Positions 41,101 through 53,728 of a DNA stretch of 64,000 nt are shown in pieces; the first letter of the stretch is position 1; the number at the start of each line of letters is the position of its first letter. Below the pieces are notes generated by a model that was given only the letters and a program-made list of their open reading frames with translations, had not been told where the DNA came from and searched no databases. Origin of the DNA: Octopus sinensis (taxonomy: Eukaryota); NCBI RefSeq assembly GCF_006345805.1, contig NC_043004.1, positions 84,568,001 through 84,632,000 of the forward strand. The letters run 5' to 3'. The translations under genes were made by a program, and so were the position numbers.

Positions 41101-41619
41101 AAGGGCATTCATAAATCAGCAGTTCCTCATTGCCATATACCATAGCTGTCAGGAGATACAAAGCATATTAGTTTCCTTTTTCAGTGACATACACGCAAAT
41201 ATTAAGGTTCAGGAACAGCTATTCATATCCATGATTGATGCTTCATCATACAATATTTTGAATTCATTTATATTAACGACTGGAGAAAGGTGAAAACAAA
41301 ACGCCTGTCTTTCTAAGATTGAAATTAGATATCGGAGATATTAATCTGCTAACAGGGCCTCAACATAGCCACCTAATATATTAAAACCCGATTCTTTAAA
41401 CGTAAATCAAATAGGACTCTGTCAATAAGGCCTTTGGTGTTTTGTTAGATCGATGCGTTCAGCTTTCATTTAAATAATATTAACTTATGTTCGAAATTAT
41501 GTTTGCTACAAAGTAAATGAAAAAAATGCATTTATTCCGTAATACACGCGTAATAATGCATTTTCTAATATACATACAAATGTTGATATAAACATAAACA
41601 CAAACGCATATATGTCTAC

Positions 41620-42068
41620 ACGGATAATTTCAGTTTGAACGGCAGTTTTTAACACAATTTCTAGGTAACTAAAAAAATTTAAATTTCGTATACTGGTAGA
41701 ATGTGTTTATAAAACATATTTTTCTCTTGGCTTTATTGAGAAAATTCTAAATTTTGAAAATTCTAATGTTTGTTATTTTTTCTTCAATTTCTACAATTTC
41801 AACCAATCACTGAGGTCTATTGAGGTAAAAAAGCATTATGTGCCGTATGAATATGTCCCTTGTTTAAGAAACAGATTGGGTTTATATATATTTGTCGAGA
41901 AAAAAGATACCCTTCTCCCACCCCTAACACTAACCCTAACGAACCCTAACTAACCCTAACACTAAAACAGATTGAAATGCAATAGATCGATATTAGGGTC
42001 ATAAATATTGGTGACAATTTCACATGGCACCGCTACAAAAAACCGCCGTTCAAACCGAATAGATCCAT
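41620..42068. mobile_element. MITE-like element with ~30-bp inverted termini and internal telomere-like repeats
   Basis: Left ACGGATAATTTCAGTTTGAACGGCAGTTTTT; right AAAAACCGCCGTTCAAACCGAATAGATCCAT. CCCTAAC/ACTAAC units at 41922-41963. Confidence 0.8.
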
Positions 42069-42229
42069 CTACACACACATATATACACACACCTATATAT
42101 ACAGAGATGGCAGAATTTGAAATTTATTTAAACCTGAATTTGTACATTCAAATTATATATTAATTGTTATAATGTGAATATTTAATATTTAGTAGACATG
42201 TCCTTTGCATTTTTCAATGCAACGTCCCT

Positions 42230-42620
42230 ATTAGCCATGATACAGATGAGATGACGAATATTCTCTTATGGAATTTCTTGCCAAATTTTATGCAGTAATC
42301 TTAAAATATCTGGATTTGAAAATGCTGCCTTGTTCTTTCTATGAGTGTCCTGTCCAGTATGTCCCATATAGGGTTAATATCTGGTGACTGATTTAGCAAT
42401 GTAAGCTTTATAATATCATTCTCAGCCAACACATTTTTGGTTATTTTAGCCGTGTGACAAAGAGCCCCATCTACCTTAAATAGAGTGTCTTCTTTAATCA
42501 TATCCCCACTGGAGAAGATTAGATTAGAAGGGGCGTTTTGCCAGCGGACCTTCAAGCTTGTACGGTGTTGGTTATGATTTTGGAGTCGATTTTGAGATGA
42601 GTAGAAGCAGTATTGGCACT
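42230..42620 (-). mobile_element. Tc1-like transposase C-terminal relic
   Basis: ORF 42301-42555: FKVDGALCHTAKITKNVLAENDI...NQSPDINPIWDIL, matching the FQQDGAPCH...WP.QSPDLNPIE..W motif. Confidence 0.8.
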
Positions 42621-43695
42621 TCTACTCATTCGTTGTTTATAGGCAGCTGTGTGCGCGTAAATGTTTCCATATTATGTTTACAAAATTATGAAAGTAATGA
42701 ATTAAAGTGCTACAAATCAAATCAGAAATACGTAGCTTGTTTAATTGGTAGTTTATAACATCTAGTAATCTCTAATAAGTTGTCCTGAAAGTTGTTTTCT
42801 AAAATTGATCAACACGGTAATGTTTTGGCACTCATAGGAACGAAAGTAAAATAGGCAGTATGTATTAATTCATTGCAACATTTATATAGCTGAAAGGCAT
42901 TGAGATCCTAAGTGTATTATTTGAATTCCCCTATCTGATTTAAATATTTCTACACTCCTAAAAAATAAAGCCTTAAGCAGGTTTACCACAAAATTAGAAA
43001 TCATCGCCTTTAGTAATCAACTTTCATTTCCTTTTGTCTGAAGTATTAAAAGAAGTAGAATTAATTACTTGTTTCAGCGTATATCATACTCTGAACACTA
43101 ATTAATTAATTATTTCTAACATCTCGAGGGATAGGTGAGACAGAAGAAGCATGCTCTGGCTTAATGGAAAAGAAATATAATTGATGTGAGGATTGAATAA
43201 CACTTCAAAACCCCATTAAAATTGATTAATGAAATTCTCAATTATTGGAAACCAATAACACCACTTGTATTTCAAGCAAAATTGCAATTATCCTGGATTA
43301 TTTTACGCCCTTTATGAGAAAGTGGGTAATATTTTGTATAATACGGTTAAATGCTGCCGATAAACAACAAAACTGTATTCATATTACCATTCTCCATTTC
43401 GTGTAAATTTCAACGAAGGCAGATTAATTCTCTTAACCTGTTAATACATATAGATAGCCCTATATACATATTCACATTTACAGGCATATTACATGCACTT
43501 AAGCGCACATATATACACGCAAGGACACACACGCACACACACACGCACACAAATATATATATGATGTCTTATATGTTGTTTGCAAGACATCTAAGACATC
43601 ATTAACTAGGCACCACTACTTACTGCATTTTATCGAATTTCCACCATGCACTTAAGCAGATTAGACCTTTCAATATCAAGACCTACCTAAATGTA

Positions 43696-43757
<62 letters not shown>

Positions 43758-44944
43758 GAAATAGATAGATATATATATATACATATGAATACATACATAT
43801 ATGTATGTATGCGTATGTGTGCGTGAGTGCGTGTGTGCATTTGATTTTGAGAAATATTTTGAATGCAATATCACACATAAACCTGTGCTTTTATTCTATT
43901 TCATATCCCTAAGAAATATTTGGTATATACATTTCTCTACAGAATGCAGCTAACCACGAACAAAGCCTTAGATGACTCACAAAATTTTAAAACTGAAATT
44001 CATCTTTATTTCGCTACGCTTTCTTAGCTGCAATATTTCAAAGTTTAAACGGATAACATTAACGCAATACAGTGAAATAAAAAATGACAATATACATAAT
44101 ACATATATATATATATATATATATAAATATATATATATATACACTTATCTAAGATCCTCAGGTGGCTCTTAAATTTAATGAGAGCTTCAAACAGTATTTC
44201 TTATAAGTTGGTTGCCTTGGGGAGATTACAAGTAAAATAAATGTTGAAGCTTCAGTGATATGTTGTGAAGAAATACTGAAGAGTAGAAAGTCAATTCTAA
44301 AATCTTTGCGTCTTTGATACACGAATCGTATCTTTCAACATTTATAGCAAGCGATCCGAAACATAATCGACAATACAACTTCTATTCTCTTGTATTGAAT
44401 ATTATATATTTACTATATTCAAAGCCATTTAATTTTACGCCGAATTTCACAATATCTGAAAAAATAAAATCTCCATCACATTTATAACTGAATATATTCC
44501 TAAATTGCATTTTTAATGAGATAAGGTAGGAGAAAGTGTTTTTGTCTCGGAAGCAGTTTAAACGGGAAACAAATAAATATTGAAAAAATAATACGCACAT
44601 GCGCAGACAAGATTCGAATTTACTAAGAATATTCGATCGAAGGCATGGAATAAGAAAAAAAAAGGTATGTAACTTGTTAATAGGTAGCTGAAATTAATCA
44701 TAAATGAAGTTTTCCCAACAATACTTCAAATGTAAGGCATTATAAATGCCAAACATGACATTTATTTATGTATAGAAAAATTGTTTATATAATTAAATTG
44801 CTTTATTGATTTTTGTTTGTCTGAGACGAAACAAATTCTGATTCTGAGCTTACTTTAATGTTTCAATCAAGAAATACATCATCATTTAACAGGGTATGCA
44901 GACACCCTAGTATTCATGTCCAATATTTCACGATAAGATAACGT

Positions 44945-45140
44945 CTTTGTGTTCGGAGTTCAAATTCTGCCGTTATCTTTCATCATTTGGGGGAGGGTTC
45001 CAGCTAAATACCAGCCAAGTTGTGGAGACGATGTATTCAAAGTTCTTCTCCCCAAAATTGTTGTTCGTTAGCCACTTTGGGCTAACATTGCAGAGTATGG
45101 ACGACGTGCAGGCGGTGTTACGCCGTCGACTCCAGCTCGT
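44945..45140 (+). mobile_element. Degenerate SINE (Meta/MESC-like family)
   Basis: GTTCGGAGTTCAAATTCTGCCG...CTTTCATC...ATACCAGC. Confidence 0.55.
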
Positions 45141-45149
45141 ATCCTAGCA

Positions 45150-45585
45150 TTGGGTTCGTAATTTTCTATCCAGTTTCCTCAGCTGATGTTTGTGAAGAAT
45201 TTGACTTTGGAGTCCAAGTCGGTGGTGCAAGAGTCGTGGGCAGAATTTGCACAGGATGGTCGGTGAGGATTGAGAATGTTCAAGACGCTCTTTTCTTCTC
45301 CTGTGTGTTACCTCCTCATACTGTTGTCTGTTTTGCTCGCCGGAGCTGGCTGCATTGCAGATGGCCTTTCTCCAGGATGTCATATCCATTGCAATCTATT
45401 CCCATGAGGATAGCTAGACATTAGTTTGATCCGGAGTCCGTTTAATCTGTCTTTAGACTGGAATTTCGAATCGCCTCTTGGTCATATTCCGATTGCAATT
45501 TCCACGTAGAGCCGCGGGAGACGAGAAGGCTCCATATGCTGGAGGTGACCTGCCCAGCGGAGACGATGGTGGAGAATGGTGGTCC
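45150..45585 (-). mobile_element. RTE-clade LINE 3' end
   Basis: LRGNCNRN..KRRF, then W..IAMDMTSWRKAI...RRRKER...CKFCPRLLHHRLGLQS, resembling the RTE/BovB-type C-terminal C2H2-like tail. Confidence 0.7.
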
Positions 45586-45589
45586 ACTG

Positions 45590-47650
45590 TTTCTATGCCA
45601 TCGTTGCAGTATCGGCACTGCTGCTCTCCAACATTTTCCATCTCATTGTCTTGATAGTTCCGGGTCAATAAGCTCTGATCTTGGGCAGCCAATATAAAGC
45701 CTTCACTCTCTGCGTCTAGCTATGATCTCCGTAGCCACTGATGTGTGGGCTTTTGGTCTACAACAACTTGTTTGCCATGCAGATGTTTTTGTTCCCACCT
45801 ATCAGCCATTTGTTCAAATGCATTTTGCTTTGCTATTGATTTCAGCTTTTTTGCAACTACAGTTGCTGCACCCCACTCATGCTATTCAACGTGCGTATTA
45901 TGCATAAATGCAGTTGGAAATATTCATAACAGAGTAAAGTTTCTAATGACTTTGTTGATTTTCAAAGTCGTTAGATGTCTCAAAGTTATTTTGCCAGTCC
46001 CGTTGTCGTGGTTTTGTATGAGATTACAACTGGATCAAATCACGAACTTCTTAAAGTGGTGCATCTTATTGCAAATCAGCAGCTTACAGATTTTCCAGTC
46101 AGCCTTCCTTATTTTGTTTATATTCCAGACCAACACATTGAAACAGTAAATAACAACCGGAACTGCTAAGGAATTTATAGCTAACACCTAGTTACCTGCA
46201 TTTAACTCGGATTTTAGGACTGCTCGAACTCTCCTGTAATACACCTTCCTGATCTTCTCTTTCATACTTGCATTCTAAATGCCAGAGCCCATATCTATCC
46301 TGAGGTATTTGTAAGTTTGTTCCTGCACGAGTTGTTTCATGGCTGTATCAACATCCAACACCACTGAATATGAGGTCTTCAATTTCCCTTTCTGGAAAGT
46401 GGACTTTGCACATATATCAAGACCAATTTCTATCTCAATATCAACACTCAATTACGTAGTAGTTCTTCAAGCTCATTATCGTCTTGCCATAGAGTTTTAA
46501 ATCATCCATATAAAATAGATGAATGATTTTCTTGTCACCAATTTTATATCCATATGCTTTTCTAAAGAGTTCACTTGTGCGAGGTATTAGATCTATGCAG
46601 AAAATTAAACGTGGAAGTCAGCCACCTTGGAAAATGCTGCAGTTGATATTAACAATTTATGTGGTCAGTATTCCATTAGAATGGCATAATTAGATATTCA
46701 TATTCCACATCGACATGTTGTGCTTCAAGAAGTTTGAAATCACATGAGAAATTTTGAAGATATCCAGAGATTTCAAGATCCGTGAATTCCGTATACTGTC
46801 GAAGGACTTTTTATAGTCAATCCGTACTCAACTGAGATTTCTTATTGCCCACAAGAGCTAAACATAGAGGGCACTAACAAGGACAGACAAAGGATTACAT
46901 CGACCCCGGTGCGTAAATGGTACTTAATTTATCGACCCCGAAAGGATGAAAGGCAAAGTCGACCTCGTTGGAATTTGAACTCAGTACATAACGGCAGACG
47001 AAATACTTCTAAGCATTTCGCCCGTCGTGCTAATGTTTCTTCCAGCTTGCCGACTGAACGAAGATTTCTGTGACTGTTATGACAGTTCTCAACGATCATG
47101 CGATTAAGTTATTGTTGCTCTTTGTATCCATATGTGCCTCGTCGGCTGTTCTATAAATATTTATGTTTTCTCCATGAAGTTGGATGTTAAAATTTCATTG
47201 GTGGGCATCGTTTTTATTCAGTGGGAAATATATTACTTTGTTCTATAAATTTGTGTTTTCTCCACGAAGTTGGATTTTAAAATTTCATAAGTTGGTAGAT
47301 TGACATGTTATAGACCGATAGTTTTGCGGAAATTTGGCTTCGATATTCTTCGGGAGTAGTTAAGAAATACTTCTTACTAACCAATGAGGGGTTTTCGTAG
47401 GATCTCTCATGATTTCCTTGAAGTAACTGGACTAACTTTTCCTGTGCGCACGGGTGGGAGGTTAACGACAAATTTGGCACCCTATCGTTACCAGATGATT
47501 TTCACTTATAAGCCTTCATGACTGTCATCGTTAGGTCTGCTAACATGATGTCTTCCCTTGCCTCATCTGGTAAGATTTGGTAGGATCCTTCTGTACGTCT
47601 AATCCAATTAGCATTTTCTTTGCAACTCTTTCCCTCAATTGTAGATATTA
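45590..47650 (-). mobile_element. R4/Dong-like RT element (copy E), 3'-truncated, SINE-interrupted
   Basis: NYRSITCL ~47300; KIIHLFYMDD with YMDD at 46501-46512; EGFILAAQDQSLLTRNYQ...CRYCNDGIETVDH at ~45590-45710. Frameshifted. Confidence 0.85.
46852..47053 (-). mobile_element. SINE (Meta/MESC-like) nested in Dong copy E
   Basis: ATCGACCCCGAAAGGATGAAAGGCAAAGTCGACCTC...GAATTTGAACTCAG...AAGCATTTCGCCC on the plus strand. Confidence 0.85.
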
Positions 47651-48019
47651 CCGTTTTAAAATTTTTTTTAAAGATGGTCGTTTGTATGTCCGACCTGAGA
47701 AATCTGTAGTGTTTTTACAATGAAAAAGATGTTTACATTTTCGGAAACTCAGGGAGAAAGGACAGGTTAGATATTCACAAGAGTTGTAGTTATTAGAATT
47801 TTTAAAAAAGTTAATCGCTAGTATGTTCAAAAACTATAGATACGTAAGCTTCTACACTTAATTTGAGCTAAATTAAAAATACTCACAGAAAACCTGTAGA
47901 TATTCTAGTTTTCAGAGTTATTTTTCAGTTGTTCTGCTCTGTTGTATTGGTTTTTCTGTGACTTCGGCTGCTGATTGGTCAGAGGAGCGAAGAACACGTC
48001 CAGCCACTGTCTAGGCTGT

Positions 48020-48033
48020 CATATTATAATTAA

Positions 48034-48105
<72 letters not shown>

Positions 48106-48109
48106 CATT

Positions 48110-48202
<93 letters not shown>
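48020..48202. repeat. (ATT)n microsatellite at the 3' junction of Dong copy A
   Basis: Direct inspection; about 60 units. Confidence 0.95.
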
Positions 48203-48205
<3 letters not shown>

Positions 48206-50500
48206 TAGTTTTATTTTTATAGTGTGCTTTCATTTCACTACCGAGCGCAGCTCTGTGTGCCTTGGGTATGTGCTGTGATTTGTTGTGATGCTCTGATGGT
48301 TATTGTATGGAACGTGTTCTGCGTAGGATGTGTGCAGTGCCTAGTAGTGCAATTTTCTGTATGTTATATGTGTTTGTAAGTTCTGGTGTTTTTGTTATGT
48401 ATTTGTCTGAATATTTTTTATCATGCCTAATGCACCTACTATGATAGGAATTGTTTCTGTTTTCAGATTCCACATTCTAGTTATCTCTATTTCCAGGTCT
48501 TTGTATTTTGAGAGTTTCTCCATTTCTTTTAGAGACACGTTGTCATCTGTCGGTATTGATACATCTTAATTTCTCTATCTGTGTGTATCGGCATATCCCA
48601 GAGTATGGTTGCTTTCTCGTTTTCTGTGACCTTTTCTGGTGTGAGCCTATACCATCTTATTTCTGTTGTTATTCCATAATGTTGGCATAGCTTCCAATGT
48701 ATGTAGGTTCCAACTCTGTCATGTCTGTGAATATATTCCTTCTTAGCCAGGACTGGGCAGCTAGAGATAATATGATTTATTGTTTCTTGTCCATCTCCAC
48801 ATATTCTGCAGTTACTTGTAATATTTCTTTTCATTACATGTTTTTGGTAATTCTGGTGGGGAGGCTTTGGTCTTGTGCTGCAATTAAAAATCCCTCTGTT
48901 TCTGCTTTGAGTCCTGAGCTTCTCAGCCATTGCTGGGATTTTTCTTCGTCTATTTCTTTTGGTTTAGTTTAGTCCAGTATTTACCATGAAGGGGCTTTTC
49001 TTGCAATCCTTTTATCATGGTTCGTTGCTGTTCTTTCATTTGTTTTATCTTTTCTTTTCTTCTTTTTTCGTCTTCTTCTTCTTCTTCTTCTTCTTCTTCT
49101 TCTTCTTCTTCTTCTTCTTCTTTCTTCTTCTTCTTCTTCTTCTTCTTCTTCTTCTTCTTCTTCTTCTTCTTCTTCTTCTTCTTCTTCTTCATGTTTATTA
49201 GGTGGTATGATTTCTTGTTTGTATTTGTCAACTTCCTAAACTGAGAACAGTTTTTTGTCTTGCTCGTGTTTTGCTGCTATCTGGATCAGTTTTCCTTCCT
49301 TCTGAAGTAGATATTTTTGCAGCAGTCCTATGGTGGTTATTTTATAGTAGTTTTTCCAACTGTATAAGGCCTCTACCACCTTCTATACGTTGTATATATA
49401 GTCTTTCTATGTCAGATTTTGGGTGATGCATCCTAGATCCTGTCATTATTTTTCTTGTTTCCTATCTATTTTGGTCAGTTCATTTCGTGTCCAGTTAAGG
49501 ATATTGTAGCTGTAACTTATAACTGGGACAGCTAAAGTGTTGATACCTATTATCTATGTTTTTTAGCATTGAGCTCTGTTTTAGTATTGATCTAACTCGT
49601 CTATAATATTCTTTTTTTATTTTCTCTTTCATTTGTGTGTGTTGTGTCTTATCTAGTTCATGGATTCCTAAGTATTTGTAAGTTTGGCTTTGGTCTAATT
49701 CTTTTATTTCATTGGTTTTATCTAGTGTGATGTTGCTACTCTTAACTAGTTTCCTCTTTCAGGGTTACTTTGGCGCATTTTCGAATCCAAACTTCATATC
49801 TATTTCTTTGGTAAATCCATGAACTGTCTTTAATAGTTTTTCCAGCTGTTTGTCATTTGTAGCGTATAGTTTTAGGTCATCCATATATAAAAGGTGGTTG
49901 ATCGTTTTGCCGTAACATTTTATTCCGCATTATATCCGCATCCAGTTCTATTTAGTATATCAGATAGAGGTGACAGTGCCAAGCAGAAAAGGAGTGGAGA
50001 GAGCGTGTCTCCCTGGAATATTCCTCTTCTAATGGGGACGTCTGTGGTTTCATGAGTCCCTCTTTTGTTTGTAGGTAGGTACTGTTGCCATTATTCATAG
50101 AGTGCTCTATGAATTTTATGATTGTTGGTGCTACTTGTTAAGGCTAGTGTTCGGAGGATCCATGTGTGGGGGATGTTATCAAACGCCTTTTGGTAGTCAA
50201 TCCAGGCCATACTGAGGCCTTTCTTCTTTTGTGGCTGTCTTCAGTTATGGTTTTATTAATCATTAGTTGATCTTTACAGCCATATGAGCCTTTCGGCATC
50301 CATTCTGCTCTTCTGGGAACAGTTTGTTTTCGTCCAGATGCTTGTTCAGCCTTTTCGATATCACTGCAGTAAATGCTTGAACATAGTAGGGAGGCAGGTT
50401 ATTGGTCTGTAGTTTTCTGGTTTTGTTTGTTTCATTTGATTTGGGAATTAAGATGGTTTTTTCCCCTTCGTGAGCCATCAGGCATTGTCTCTGGCTCTGC
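48203..50500 (-). mobile_element. R4/Dong-like non-LTR retrotransposon (copy A): RT, CCHC knuckle, RLE, 3' UTR; 5'-truncated
   Basis: TILIPK ~50450; GIFQGDTLSPLLFC 49982-50023; INHLLYMDDLKLYA with YMDD at 49876-49887; CRICGDGQETINHIISSC and RHDRVG (ORF 48529-48930); KYKDLEIEITRMWNLKTETIPIIVGALGMIK ~48415-48510. 3' end CTACTG abuts (AAT)n on the element strand. Confidence 0.9.
49050..49190. repeat. (TCT)n microsatellite inside Dong copy A
   Basis: Produces the poly-K/poly-E run of ORF 48950-49231. Confidence 0.95.
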
Positions 50501-50534
50501 TTAGTAATAATATAATAATTATGATTATAATAAT

Positions 50535-50565
<31 letters not shown>

Positions 50566-50639
50566 TAATAATAATAATATAATTATTAGTTATTATTATT
50601 ATTATATTATATTATTATATATTATTATTATCATTATAT

Positions 50640-51395
50640 CAGTAGCCTATTTTTAACACGTGCTTCCACTGCCCTACAGATCACAGCTCAGTGTGCTTTG
50701 CTAAGTGCAGTGGTTTGTTGTAATGTTCTTATATTTACTGTATTGTATATGTTTTGCGTAGGATGTCTGCTGTGCAATTTTCTATATATTATATATACAT
50801 GATTGTCCTGGTGTTTTTGTTATGTATTTGTCTGAATATATTTTTCTCTCACCTAATGCACCTACTATGATAGAAATTGTTTCTGCTTTTAGACTCCATG
50901 TTCAAGTTACCTCTATTTCCAGATCTATGTATTCGTCGTTTCCTTTGGGGAAACACCGTCATACATATGTTTTGATACATCAATTAGAAAGCATTGTTTC
51001 TTGATGACCTCTGACAACTATATCCGGCCTCTTGGTCTTAATGTCTCTGTCCATGTGTATTTGCATATCCCGTGGTATACTTGCTTTGTCATTTTCTATG
51101 ACCTTCTCCAGGCTGTGCTAAAACCATTTTTTACTGTTGTTATTCTATAGCGTTGCCATATATAGTTTCCAACTACGTCGCATCTGTGAATACACTCCTT
51201 CTTCGCCAGGTCTGCTAGAAACAATATCATTCATTGTTTCTTCTCCATTTCTACGTATTGTGTAGTTACATGTTTTTGGTAATTTCTGGTTTTGATCTTG
51301 TGTTGCTCTTCAAAATCCTTCAGCCTCTGCGTTGAGCCCTGATCTTCTCAAACATAGTTGGGATATTTTGTCTATTTCTTTCAGTTTTCTTCTTC
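50640..51395 (-). mobile_element. R4/Dong-like 3' fragment (copy B)
   Basis: Colinear with 48203-48960; keeps IKTKRPDIVVR (RLE PD motif, ~51015-51045). CAGTAG junction at 50640-50645; (ATT)n on both sides. Confidence 0.85.
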
Positions 51396-51428
51396 TTCTT
51401 CTTATTATTATTATTATCATTATTGTTA

Positions 51429-51494
<66 letters not shown>

Positions 51495-51529
51495 CATCAT
51501 CATCATCACCATCATCATAATCATTAACA

Positions 51530-51715
51530 TATCGAGCTGGCATAATCTTTAGCATGTCGTCTGTCGTCATGTTCTGAGTTCCGATTCCGCCGAATTTGAC
51601 TTTGCCTTTCATCCTTTCCGGGTCAATAATTTACGTACCAGCGAAACTCTGACGTCAATGTAATCGATTCATCCCTTCCCTAAAAATGGCTGCCCGTGTG
51701 GCAATATTTGAAACC
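51530..51715 (+). mobile_element. SINE (Meta/MESC-like)
   Basis: GAGCTGGCATAATCTTTAGC...CTGAGTTCCGATTCCGCCG...CTTTGCCTTTCATCCTTTCCGGGTC...GTACCAG. Confidence 0.8.
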
Positions 51716-51735
51716 ATTATTATTATTATTATTAT

Positions 51736-51771
<36 letters not shown>

Positions 51772-51778
51772 CAGCAGT

Positions 51779-51837
<59 letters not shown>

Positions 51838-52745
51838 AGATGGTGTTGGCTGTGGTGGTGTTGGGGTAAGTAAATTGGAGTATAGTGTTTTATTAGTGTT
51901 ATAATTCCTTTCTTCTCGATGTTTCAATGTTACTATTCATTTAGCACTGTCTCTATACAAGTTGAAGATTTCTGTGCATATACCCCTGAGATCTAGATAT
52001 ATGAACATCAGTGTTTCCAAAACCTATAAATTTACTCATTTGATTCTAAATCTCGTAAACACATTATGAGTATAATAAAATAGACTACTACAAACAGATG
52101 AATTGGATAGCCTGTATTAGAAATATATTACACCTATTTATCTGGTATATTAAATAGAAAATGTATCTGAATATAAACAAAAAAAAAGAAGCTTCGGTTT
52201 AAAAACATTTATCTCCACACATGTTTTTTCTGCATAGAATGATAAATATATCAAGTAATAATCAAATCAAATACTGCAAAATCATAAAAAGAATGATAAT
52301 ATTTAATTGAATAAAAACATACAAAATCGAATAAAAGCGTATAAATGAGACAAGGCTTGTCTGTAAGTAAGACAAAATATTTGATAAAATTCAAATAATG
52401 CAAACAATTTTTATATCAGACTGTTAAAGGAGTTCAGGCAACGAAATGTACCAAAATAGATATTGAATTTATAAATCAGAGGATAGGAGCTGATATTTAC
52501 AACCCATTGTCTATCGTACCTTCGGGAAATTATTTCCTGACTAAGTATCACATTAACATTGTTATATTAATTTGTAGACACAAATAAACAAGATAACCAG
52601 AAGGTTAGGAGAAATACTTCGTAATTATTAGATTGTTATTATGAAAACCAGATCGAAGTATAAGATAATAGTAACATCCTTTACAACGAGCACAATGAAA
52701 CCCTGACAAAGAAAATGATTAAAAATAATAATGATAATAATAATG

Positions 52746-52782
<37 letters not shown>

Positions 52783-52834
52783 CGTCAACAACAATTTTTA
52801 TTATCATTATTATTATTATTATTATTAATATTAG

Positions 52835-52904
<70 letters not shown>

Positions 52905-52916
52905 ATTATTATTATT

Positions 52917-53476
52917 CAGTAGTAATATTTTTATCACGTGCTGTCACTGCACTACCGAGAGCAGGTCTGTGTATTTTGTGTATGTGCTATCGTTTCCTGT
53001 ATGCTCGTATGGTTACTGTATTTAAAGTGTTTTGCGTCGGGTGTGTATAGTGCCCAGTAGTGCAATTTTCTCCATGTTATATATATTTGTAAGTCCTGGT
53101 GTATTTGTTGTGTCTGAATATGCTGTCTGTATTAGCATATCCCATAGTATGGCTGTTTTCTCCTTCTCTGTGACCTTTCTGGCGCGTGACTATACTATAT
53201 TTTTCTGTTGTTATTCCATAATGTTGGCATAGATTATCCAGAGTTAATGCAGTACGATCGTTTCATACAACTCCATTAAATTGAACAATGCAATCAGTAC
53301 ATCAATTTAATATGTAGAGCAATCTGTCGTGTCTGTAACATATTCCTTCTTACCCAGGAGTTGGGAGGCAGAGAGAATAAGGTATATTGTTTCTTGTCCA
53401 TCTCTACATGTACTGTAGTTATTTATGTTTCTTTCATTATATGGTTTTGGTAATTTCTGGTAGAGAGGCTTTGGTC
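52917..53476 (-). mobile_element. R4/Dong-like 3' fragment (copy C) with deletions and a foreign insert
   Basis: CAGTAG junction at 52917; matches copy A 3' UTR/RLE/zinc-knuckle segments; ~90-bp non-element insert at 53232-53322. Confidence 0.8.
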
Positions 53477-53479
53477 TTG

Positions 53480-53497
53480 TGCTAGTAGTAGTAGTAA

Positions 53498-53553
<56 letters not shown>

Positions 53554-53641
53554 ACAGTAGTAGTAGTAGCAGTTGCAGTAGTAGTAGTAGTATATTATCA
53601 TCATCGTCCTAATAATGATAATAATAATAATTATAATAATA

Positions 53642-53694
<53 letters not shown>

Positions 53695-53728
53695 CATTAT
53701 TATTATTAGTATTACTATTATTATTATT
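53480..53728. repeat. Compound (TAG)n/(AAT)n/(ATT)n microsatellite
   Basis: Direct inspection; separates Dong copies C and D. Confidence 0.95.

Noticed and set aside
47147-47288. ~50-bp duplication inside Dong copy E; also a 30-bp tandem at ~57870-57930 and a ~22-bp tandem at ~1407-1445
   Set aside because: Ordinary short local duplications with only two units; not CRISPR-like and without spacers.
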